Shown here piece by piece: positions 36,682 to 45,300 of a stretch of DNA of 64,000 bases (the first letter of the stretch is position 1; every line of letters starts with the position of its first letter). The translations under genes were made by a program, and so were the position numbers. The notes under the pieces are model-generated. The model saw only the letters and a list, made by a program, of their open reading frames with translations. It was not told where the DNA came from and did not search any database. The DNA lies in contig SVSZ01000002.1 of the NCBI GenBank assembly GCA_015064025.1, forward strand, positions 186 to 64,185, in the 5' to 3' direction. This DNA comes from Oscillospiraceae bacterium (GTDB lineage: Bacteria > Bacillota > Clostridia > Oscillospirales > CAG-272).

Positions 36682-38319
36682 TTACTTCACTTCCACCTGC
36701 CGGGCAACAAGGCTTTCACCGCAATAAAGACGCCTGAGCTTCGGCTTTTCGATCTTGCCCGTGGGATTTCTCGGCACCTCCGCAAAGATGATGCGTCTGG
36801 GGCGCTTGTATCTCGGAAGCGGTGCGCAGAAGCGCTCCAGCTCCTCCTCCGTAAGAGAGGCACCCTCCTTGACCTCAACGATCGCCGCGGCGATCTCGCC
36901 AAGTCTCGGGTCGGGAAGCCCGATCACCGCCACGTCCTTGACGGCGTCATGCTTACGGATAAAGTCCTCGATCTGTACGGGATATAGGTTCTCACCGCCC
37001 GTGATGATAACGTCCTTTTTACGGTCAACGAGGAAGATAAAGCCGTCCTCGTCCTCCATTGCCATGTCTCCCGTAGAGAGCCATTCGCCGTGCAGGATCT
37101 CATCGGTCGCCTTCTTGTCCTTGTAGTAGCACTTCATCACGCCGGGGCCCTTGACGCAAAGCTCACCGACCTCGCCGCGAGGCACGGTCTTTCCTTGCTC
37201 GTCCACGATGCAGACCTGCCAGCCGTAGCCCGCGCGACCGATCGCGCCGACCTTATGTACGTTCTCGACGCCCAGGTGTACGCAGCCGGGACCGATGGAC
37301 TCGGACAGACCGTAGTTGGTATCGTACTGATGCTTCGGAAAGACCTTGAGCCAACGGCGGATCAGAGAAGGAGGTACGGGCTGAGCGCCGATGTGCATCA
37401 GTCTCCATGCGTCAAGCTCATATTCGTCAAGCTTCAACTCTCCCCTGTCGATCGCGTCCAGAATATCCTGCGCCCACGGAACCAGGAGCCACACAATGGA
37501 GCAGCGCTCGTCCGAGGCGGCACGGAGGATCCATTCGGGCTTGGTGCCCTTGAGAAGGACTGCACGGCTTCCGCTCATCAAAGAGCCGAACCAATGCATC
37601 TTTGCACCCGTGTGGTAAAGCGGCGGGATGCAGAGGAAAACGTCGTCGTGCGACTGACCGTGGTGGTTGTGCTCCACACGCGCGGAATGGATCAGACTGC
37701 GGTGCGCGTGCAGGATCGCCTTGGGAAATCCCGTTGTACCCGAGGAGAAATAGATCGCCGCGTCATCCTCCTCACCGATGGTAATGATGGGCTCCTCCGT
37801 GGTACAGTAGGTGATCATTTTATCATAGCTGTCGGCAAAATAAGGGCAATCCTCACCGACGTAGAACATATGCTTAATGTCGGAAAGTCTGTCACAGATC
37901 TGCTCCATACGTCCCACGAACTCGGGGCCGAAAACAAGCGTGGAGCAATCCGCCTTTTCAAGGCAGTATTTGATCTCGTCCGCCACGTAACGGTAGTTGA
38001 GCGGCACGACGATCGCCCCCGCCTTGAGGACACCGAAATAGATGGGAAGCCACTCGATGGAATTCATCAGAAGAATGGCAACCTTGTCCCCACGGCGGCA
38101 TCCGCGCGTGAGCAAAAGATTGGCAAAGCGGTTCGCCTTGTCGTTGAACTCACGCCACGTGAGCGTGCGTCGGAAGGGCTTCCCCGGCTCGGGCTGCATG
38201 AGTGAATAATCCTTCCACGTAATGCGACTTTCCGGCTCGAAGCAGGGATTGATCTCTACGAGCGCCGTCTCGTCCCCGTAAAGGGAGGCATTCTGGTTGA
38301 GCAGATCGATAATGGTCAT
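36682..38319 (-). CDS. AMP-dependent synthetase/ligase (acyl- or aryl-CoA ligase), first gene of the T-box operon
   Basis: Start at ATG 38319 after AAGGAGAAG. AMP-binding motifs are YFSSGTTGFPKAILH, YGLSE and TGDMAMEDEDGFIFLVDRKKD. Confidence 0.85.
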   Translation of the reverse strand: MTIIDLLNQNASLYGDETALVEINPCFEPESRITWKDYSLMQPEPGKPFRRTLTWREFNDKANRFANLLLTRGCRRGDKVAILLMNSIEWLPIYFGVLKAGAIVVPLNYRYVADEIKYCLEKADCSTLVFGPEFVGRMEQICDRLSDIKHMFYVGEDCPYFADSYDKMITYCTTEEPIITIGEEDDAAIYFSSGTTGFPKAILHAHRSLIHSARVEHNHHGQSHDDVFLCIPPLYHTGAKMHWFGSLMSGSRAVLLKGTKPEWILRAASDERCSIVWLLVPWAQDILDAIDRGELKLDEYELDAWRLMHIGAQPVPPSLIRRWLKVFPKHQYDTNYGLSESIGPGCVHLGVENVHKVGAIGRAGYGWQVCIVDEQGKTVPRGEVGELCVKGPGVMKCYYKDKKATDEILHGEWLSTGDMAMEDEDGFIFLVDRKKDVIITGGENLYPVQIEDFIRKHDAVKDVAVIGLPDPRLGEIAAAIVEVKEGASLTEEELERFCAPLPRYKRPRRIIFAEVPRNPTGKIEKPKLRRLYCGESLVARQVEVK

Positions 38320-38345
38320 AGTCTTCTCCTTTTGATCCGATGAAC

Positions 38346-38614
38346 AAAAAACGTCCTCTGCGATGTACGCAGAGGACGAAATATATCGCGGTACCACCTC
38401 TGTTGCCGCGCCTTGCGCGACCACTCAAAGGGCTGTAACGGGCGCCCCGCCGCAGCCTCGGCATTTCTTCCTCGGTGCGGAACTCACGAACTGTATTCGG
38501 CATTTCCCTGCTGCTGTCTTCCACCGCCCGACAGCTCTCTGAAAGCGCTGAAAATGCTTACTTGCTTTCGGTCATCGTCTTTCTTTTGTGCCACAGGCAC
38601 GTTTTCTGAAATAT
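38346..38614 (-). promoter_or_regulatory. T-box riboswitch leader with Tyr (UAC) specifier and terminator/antiterminator
   Basis: Read on the minus strand:
- K-turn CGAUGAC
- specifier-loop 5' side with AGUA
- upper stem GCAUUU/AAAUGC
- AGAGAG bulge (complement of 38535-38540)
- distal loop GGCGGUGGAA
- specifier-loop 3' side C-GAA-UAC-A (codon = complement of 38493-38495)
- T-box motif GAGGUGGUACCGCG (complement of 38387-38400)
- terminator cgtcctctgcg-uacau-cgcagaggacg plus U6 (38346-38378), which competes with the AGAGG/CCUCU antiterminator pairing. Confidence 0.9.
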
Positions 38615-38620
38615 ACGTCA

Positions 38621-38649
38621 ATTATAACACCCGCGTTTTTATTTGTCAA
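38621..38649 (-). promoter_or_regulatory. Sigma-A promoter driving the T-box leader
   Basis: On the minus strand: TTGACA (38649-38644), 17 nt, TATAAT (38626-38621). Confidence 0.75.
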
Positions 38650-38689
38650 GTGTTTTTTTCTGCATTTTACGCTTTTGGGAGGTTCTTCC

Positions 38690-39364
38690 TCAGAACGCAA
38701 AGCGTGCAAGGATGGGATAATGGTCCGAATGAGGGAGCTGCGGCATCTCTCTGTCGGTCGGGACAAAGCCCTCCGTGTAAAAGATATGATCGATCGCAAG
38801 CTTTCCGGGATAATAGCTCGGATAGATGCGCGGATTGACCGTCTTCATGGGAGCGAGCGCATCAAAATCCGCAAGCACCTCCGTATTGAAGTCTCCCGTA
38901 AGAAGCACACGCTCACACGGAGCGGTAAGCTCGCGCAGGGCGAGGATCTGACAAAGGCGCGCCTCCCTTTCCTCCACCGAAAGATGCGTGTTGAAAAAGT
39001 CCAGCCGTGTGCCGCCAAGATCGATCAGAGCATGCCCGACTGCGCGCGGCTCAAGCCCGTCTGCTGCCAGAGGAATTACCTCGTGCGAGAGGATGGGATA
39101 GCGGGAAAGGATCGCGGTTCCGTATTCGCCGCCCCCGAGCTCCATAGCAGGCGCAAAGGCATCATAGGGATATCCCCCCGCCTCGGCGATCAAACGGAGC
39201 GTGTCCATGCCGCCCACGCGGGCAGTCTTCACGTCCACCTCCTGAAGCCCCACAACGTCAGCTCCCAGATCTGCAAGCTCACGCCCGATGATCCCGACGT
39301 CGTCGAGTACAAACTGTCCGTGAAATATGTTATAGGTGGCAATGCAAAGCTGTCTGTTTGTCAT
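38690..39364 (-). CDS. Endonuclease/exonuclease/phosphatase (EEP) family protein
   Basis: Start trimmed to ATG 39364 after AAGGAGA. Contains MTNRQLCIATYNIFHG...VGLQEVD...SDHYPI. Confidence 0.8.
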   Translation of the reverse strand: MTNRQLCIATYNIFHGQFVLDDVGIIGRELADLGADVVGLQEVDVKTARVGGMDTLRLIAEAGGYPYDAFAPAMELGGGEYGTAILSRYPILSHEVIPLAADGLEPRAVGHALIDLGGTRLDFFNTHLSVEEREARLCQILALRELTAPCERVLLTGDFNTEVLADFDALAPMKTVNPRIYPSYYPGKLAIDHIFYTEGFVPTDREMPQLPHSDHYPILARFAF

Positions 39365-39508
39365 GCTTCCAATCTCCTTTTTCTTCATTTCCGTCATTTT
39401 AGCACAAAAACGCCGTTCTGTCAATAAAAATTGAAAAATGAACGGTGCCTTATGCGTAATCCACATTTGACACCTCTAAAAGGCGCTGCCTTTGTGTACT
39501 TTTTTCGC

Positions 39509-39537
39509 TTGACAAAATTCTTTTTATTTCGTATAAT
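39509..39537 (+). promoter_or_regulatory. Sigma-A promoter of the aspartate kinase gene
   Basis: TTGACA (39509-39514), 17 nt, TATAAT (39532-39537). Confidence 0.7.
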
Positions 39538-39601
39538 ATATAGTAACGGTTTTATAAAACGACTTCCCTCCCGTACGGGAGAACATGAAAGGAATTGGAT
39601 C

Positions 39602-40924
39602 ATGGGTATCAAGGTTGCAAAATTCGGAGGCTCATCTCTCGCCGATGCTGAGCATTTTCGCCGCGTCGCAGCGATCGTAAAGGCGGATCCGGAGCGCCGC
39701 TTTGTCGTCGCGTCCGCCCCCGGTAAGCGCTTCAAGGAGGACGTCAAGGTGACGGATATGCTCTACCGTTGCTTTGAAATGGTACGCGATGGCAAGGACA
39801 TCACCGAGCACTATGAAAAGATCAAGGAGAGATATAACGATATCATCCGCGATCTCGGGCTTGATTTTGACATTTCGGGAGAGCTTGAATACATCCGCAA
39901 CGCGATCCTGCACCGTTCGGGACAGGATTTTGCGGCAAGCCGCGGGGAATATCTCAACTCTTTGATTCTTGCAAAATTCCTCGGCTTTGATTTCATCGAT
40001 GCCGAGAGCGTCGTCTTCTTCCGTGAAAACGGCTCCTACGACGATGAAAAGACAAACGACGTGCTCCGCGCAGAGCTCTCTCGCCATCAGTATGCCGTCA
40101 TCCCCGGCTTCTACGGCGTCATGCCAAACGGCACCATCAAGACCTTCAGCCGCGGCGGCTCTGACATTACGGGCTCCATCGTAGCCCGCGCCGCAGAGGC
40201 AGAGCTCTACGAGAACTGGACCGACGTTTCGGGATGCCTCATGGCAGATCCCCGTATCATCGACGATCCCCGTCCCATCAAGACCATCACCTACCGTGAA
40301 TTGCGCGAGCTCTCTTACATGGGCGCCTCCGTTCTTCACGAGGATGCGATCTTCCCCGTGCGCTACGCAGGGATCCCGATCAACATCCGCAACACCAACG
40401 ACCCCTCCGCCCCCGGCACGATGATCGTCTCGGGCACCTCGGAGTACGATGCAAATCTTGTCATCACGGGCATTGCCGGCAAGCGCGGCTTCTCTGTCAT
40501 CAGCATCGAAAAGGATATGATGAACTCCGAGATCGGCTTTGGAAGACGTGTGCTTGACGTGCTTGAGGACAACGACATCTCCTTTGAGCACCTTCCCTCG
40601 GGCGTTGACACCATGAGCGTCATCGTTTCCACTGCCACCATCAAGGATGAAATGAAGAGAGAGAGAGTCCTCTCCTCCATCAACAAGCGCGTTCGTCCCG
40701 ACAGCCTCGTGATCGAGGACGGTCTGGCGCTCCTTGCGGTCGTCGGTCGCGGAATGGTCAAGGCAAAGGGAACCGCTGCACGCGTCTTCACCGCGATCTC
40801 GGCAGCGGGCATCAATATCCGCATGATCGACCAGGGCTCAAGTGAGCTCAACATCATCATCGGCGTTGAGGAGCACGACCTTGAAAAGGCACTCGGCGCG
40901 ATCTACTCCGAATTTGTAAAATAA
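39602..40924 (+). CDS. Aspartate kinase
   Basis: Start at ATG 39602. It begins MGIKVAKFGGSSLAD and has C-terminal ACT domains (LLAVVGRGM...INIRMIDQGSSELNIIIGV). Confidence 0.9.
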   Translation: MGIKVAKFGGSSLADAEHFRRVAAIVKADPERRFVVASAPGKRFKEDVKVTDMLYRCFEMVRDGKDITEHYEKIKERYNDIIRDLGLDFDISGELEYIRNAILHRSGQDFAASRGEYLNSLILAKFLGFDFIDAESVVFFRENGSYDDEKTNDVLRAELSRHQYAVIPGFYGVMPNGTIKTFSRGGSDITGSIVARAAEAELYENWTDVSGCLMADPRIIDDPRPIKTITYRELRELSYMGASVLHEDAIFPVRYAGIPINIRNTNDPSAPGTMIVSGTSEYDANLVITGIAGKRGFSVISIEKDMMNSEIGFGRRVLDVLEDNDISFEHLPSGVDTMSVIVSTATIKDEMKRERVLSSINKRVRPDSLVIEDGLALLAVVGRGMVKAKGTAARVFTAISAAGINIRMIDQGSSELNIIIGVEEHDLEKALGAIYSEFVK

Positions 40925-40952
40925 GCGTACTGCAGAAAGAAGATGACTTGAC

Positions 40953-42254
40953 GTGAATTCTACGGCTACTATATTTTTAACGCTTTCCATAGCGCTCCTT
41001 TCGGGTCTGCTGCTTTCCCGCCTTGCCAAAAAGGTGCAGCTTCCCGCAGTCACAGCCTACCTTGTCGCGGGCGTGCTCATCGGTCCCTTCCTTCTCGGAA
41101 ATCTCGGGATCGGCTTCAACCACACCGACAATTCCCCCGAGAAATATTCTCTGCTTTGCGATCTGGCGCTCGGCTTCATCGCCTTTGCGATCGGTAACGA
41201 GTTCAGACTTGCGCAGCTCAAGCAGATCGGTAAAAAAGCAACGGTCATCGGTATTTTCCAAGCGGTCTTTACCACGGTCGTCGTGGACGCCGGTCTGATC
41301 GCGCTCTCCTTTATCCTGCCCGAGGGCATGCTTCCCGTCCCCGCCGCGATCATTCTCGGTGCCGTTGCCACTGCGACAGCTCCCGCAGCCACCCTGATGG
41401 TCGTCCGTCAGTACAAGGCAAAGGGTAAGGTCACAGACATTCTCCTCCCCGTCGTCGCGCTTGACGATGCGGTGGGTCTTGTGGTCTTCGCGATCTCCTT
41501 CGGTATTGCGGGTGCGATCAATACGGGCACGGTCGATCCCGTTTCCATGATCGTCAACCCCATCATCGAGGTCGTCCTCTCCATAGCACTCGGCGCTCTC
41601 ATGGGACTTCTCTTCACCGTATGTGAAAGATTCTTCCATTCCCGCTCCAAGCGTATGGCAGTGTCGGTCACCTTCGTGATGCTCACCGTGGCGATCTCCA
41701 CTCTGAAATTTGACGTCTTCGGCGTACACATCGCCTTCTCCTCCCTCCTTGCCTGCATGATGCTGGGAACCGTGTTCTGCAACATCTGCGATTTTTCCGA
41801 GGAGCTGATGGAGAGAGCCGACCGCTGGACAGCACCTCTCCTCATTCTCTTCTTTGTCATCAGCGGCGCAGAGCTCAACCTCTCGGTCTTTAGCAACTGG
41901 ATCTTCGTTGTCATCGGCGCGGCGTACATTGCCTTCCGTACCGTCGGTAAATACTTCGGTGCGCGCATCAGTGCCAAGATGACGCACTGTGACGACACCA
42001 TCGTCAAATACCTCGGCATCACGCTCCTGCCGCAGGCAGGCGTGGCACTCGGCATGGCAAGCCAGGCTCTCACCTTCGGCGGAGAGACGGGCGTGCTGGT
42101 GCAGAGCATCACCCTCTTCGCGGTCCTTATCTACGAGCTGGTCGGCCCCTACCTTACCAAGGTGGCTCTGATCAAGTCCGGTGACATTCAACTCGAGGGC
42201 AAGATCAGCGCCCGCGAGGAACACAAAAAGAAGCTTGAGGCGGCGAAAAAGTAA
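40953..42254 (+). CDS. Cation:proton antiporter (CPA2/Kef-type)
   Basis: 433 aa with a GTG start. Contains LPAVTAYLVAGVLIGP and 12-13 TMs. Confidence 0.85.
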   Translation: MNSTATIFLTLSIALLSGLLLSRLAKKVQLPAVTAYLVAGVLIGPFLLGNLGIGFNHTDNSPEKYSLLCDLALGFIAFAIGNEFRLAQLKQIGKKATVIGIFQAVFTTVVVDAGLIALSFILPEGMLPVPAAIILGAVATATAPAATLMVVRQYKAKGKVTDILLPVVALDDAVGLVVFAISFGIAGAINTGTVDPVSMIVNPIIEVVLSIALGALMGLLFTVCERFFHSRSKRMAVSVTFVMLTVAISTLKFDVFGVHIAFSSLLACMMLGTVFCNICDFSEELMERADRWTAPLLILFFVISGAELNLSVFSNWIFVVIGAAYIAFRTVGKYFGARISAKMTHCDDTIVKYLGITLLPQAGVALGMASQALTFGGETGVLVQSITLFAVLIYELVGPYLTKVALIKSGDIQLEGKISAREEHKKKLEAAKK

Positions 42255-42257
42255 AAA

Positions 42258-42307
42258 GAATCCCCCGCGCGCTCATGTGTGCATGAGCGCGCGGGGGATT
42301 TATTTTT
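42258..42307. terminator. Bidirectional intrinsic terminator
   Basis: 19-bp stem aatcccccgcgcgctcatg / catgagcgcgcgggggatt, followed by TATTTTT. Confidence 0.85.
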
Positions 42308-42367
42308 GTGATAAAAAGTCACGGTATTGAGGAAGGGATTCCCCTCCAAAAGCGACCAAAGAAGCCG

Positions 42368-45300
42368 TCAGGAGCGCTTCCAGTAATAACTACTGTACGT
42401 ACTCTTCAAATGCGTTGCCGCAGTCCCTGTATTGGAAAGATCGGTACTCGGAATGCTTGTTCCGCTTGTGGCGTTCGAGAAACTTGCATACCACCAGCCG
42501 TTGGGATTTTCAAAGGTCACGCTTGTCAGCCCCTCACAACCGGAGAACGCAGATGAACCGATACTTGTCACACTCGCGGGTATCTTGATATCTGTAAGTC
42601 CTGTGCAATTCTTGAATGCAGAAGCTCCAATGCTCGTCACGCTTTCTGGAATCTTGATGCTTGTAAGATTTGTGCAATTATAAAATGCATAATCTCCAAT
42701 GATCGTTACACTACCATCCGTTGGTATTACAGACGTTTCACATCCCCAAATCAAGGTTCTGCTTTCAATGGCAATCAAACAATTTCCTTGCACCTTGTAC
42801 TTGGAATTTCCTGTTGTAACAGTAATACTCACAAGCTTTGTACAACCGGAGAACGCAGAAGAATCGATGCTTATCACACTTTCGGGAATCGAGATACTTG
42901 TAAGTCCTGTGCAACCGAAGAACGCAAACTTTCCTATGCTCGTCACGCTTGTGGGAATCTCAATGCTTGTCAGCCCCGTACAACCATAGAATGCATAGGA
43001 AGCGATGCTTGATCCTCCTGTGATCACAACAGTTTTCAAAGAAGCCGGAACACGCTGGGAATGATTAGAATAGGACGATGCTCCAAAGATGTATCCAAAA
43101 TGTGTATTTGAACTTCCGTTTCTGCTCGCACCGACGAATGGCAACGTCATGTTTGTAATCCCTGTGCAACCGAAGAACGCAGACTTTCCTATGCTCGTCA
43201 CACTCGCGGGTATCTCGATACTTATAACCCCTGTGCAATCTCCAAATGCATAAGAACCTATGTTTTCCAACCGACTATTTGCCGGGACGCTTACGCCTGT
43301 AAGCCCTGTGCAACCGTAGAATGCATAATCCTCAATGCTCGTCACATCTGCCGGAATGCTGAGCGTTGTCACAAGCTCATTGTTCACATAAAGTTTGCCT
43401 GCATAATACAACGGATTTGACTCTCTGGAATAAAATTTAATTTTGCACCATGCCGCAAGGTCCTCAATGTACACTGCTGTAAGTCCTGTGCAACCTTTGA
43501 ATGCGAGAGAACCGATGTCTCGTAAGGAGGTTCCTAACGTCACCTCTGACAGCTTTGTGCAGTAAGCAAACGTCCAATTGCCCAAAGTTGTCACGCTGTC
43601 GGGAATCTTAATGCTTGTAAGCCCTGTGCAATCCATGAACAAACCATCAGCAATACCTACCGTATCTGCTCGAAAAACAACGCTTGCTGCAGAGTTGTCA
43701 AACCCAACCGCCCATTTTTCAACGTAAGAAACACCGTTTTCGATTTGAATCAAATGAGTACAACCGTAGAACGCCGAAGACCCGATACTTGTCACGCTGT
43801 CGGGAATCGTGATGTTTGTAAGCCCCGTGCAACCGGAGAATGCAGAATAACCGATGCTTGTCACACTTGTGGGAATCGTGATGCTTGTAAGCCCCGTGCA
43901 ACCGGAGAACGCAGCGTCACCAATGCTCGTCACACTCGTAGGGATTCTAATAGTAGTAAGTCCCCTGCAATTGTAAAATGCATAAGAATCAATGTTCGCT
44001 CCCCCTGTGATCACCACTGTTTTCAAAGAAGCGGGAACATACGTGAAATTTTTATCATAATTATCCAGCGGTGCGCCGAAGAGAAAGCCAAAATTGTATG
44101 AGACAAACGGTATCGTTATACGTTCAAGCTTCGTGCAACTGGTGAGTAAAGAACCAATTTGCGTCAAACCTGCGGAAAGCTTGATGCTTGTAAGCCCCGT
44201 GCAACCGGAGAACGCAGAAGAATCAATGTCCGTCACACTGTCGGGAATCGAGATACTTGTAAGCCCCGTACAATTTTTGAACGCAAAATAATGTATGTTT
44301 TTTAACCGACTATTTACCGGGAAGCTTATGTCTGTAAGCCCTGTACAACCGTAGAATGCAGAAGATCCAACGCTCGTCACACTCGCAGGTATCTCAATAC
44401 TTGTAAGCCCTGTACAACCATAGAATGTGGAAGAATCAATGCTCGTCACACCCGAAGGAATATCAACGCTGGTAAGTCTACTGCAATTGTAAAACGCACA
44501 ACCACCGATGTTCGTCACGCTGTCGGGGATCTGGATGCTTGTAAGCCTTGTGCAATCCATGAACGCAGAATTGGCAACGCCTACCGTATTCGTCCGCAGA
44601 ATAATGTTTGTTACGTATGTATCACAGTCAATCACCCATTTCTCCACGTAAGAAACACCGTTTTCGATTTGAATCAAATTGGTACAACCGGAGAACGCCG
44701 AAGAGCCGATACTTGTCACACTTGAAGGGATCTCGATGCCGGAAAGCCTCGTACAGCCGGAGAACGCATAAGAACCGATGACTCGTAAGGAGGTTCCTAA
44801 CGTCGCCTCCGACAGCTTTGTGCAATCTGCAAACACATAACTACCCAAAGTTGTCACGCTATCGGGAATCGTGATGCTTGTAAGCCCCGTACAGCCGGAG
44901 AACGCATAAGAACCGATGTCTCGCAAGGAGGTTCCTAACGTCACCTCCGACAGCTTTGTGCAATCTGCAAACGCATAACTACCCAAAGTTGTCACGCTAT
45001 CGGGAATCGTGATGCTTGTAAGTCCCGTACAATCGGAGAACGCATAAGAACCGATGTCTCGTAAGGAGGTTCCTAACGTCACCTCCGACAGCTTTGTGCA
45101 ATCTGCAAACGCATAACTACCCAAAGTTGTCACGCTATCGGGAATCGTGATGCTTGTAAGTCCCGTACAATCGGAGAACGCATAAGAAGCGATGTCTCGC
45201 AAGGAGGTTCCTAACGTCACCTCCGACAGCTTTGTGCAGTATCTAAACGCAGAATCTCCCAAAGTTGTCACGCTGCCGGAAATCTGGATGCTTGTAAGTC

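Noticed and set aside
39538-39601. A lysine riboswitch (L-box) upstream of aspartate kinase.
   Set aside because: The distance from the -10 element to the ATG is ~65 nt with a single small hairpin. That is far too short for the ~180-nt five-helix L-box.
40977-42224. A 415-aa minus-strand ORF. The same applies to 12852..14156 (434 aa, minus) and 16880..17914 (344 aa, minus).
   Set aside because: Each is antisense to a gene with clear family identity: the CPA2 antiporter, GH39 and serC respectively.
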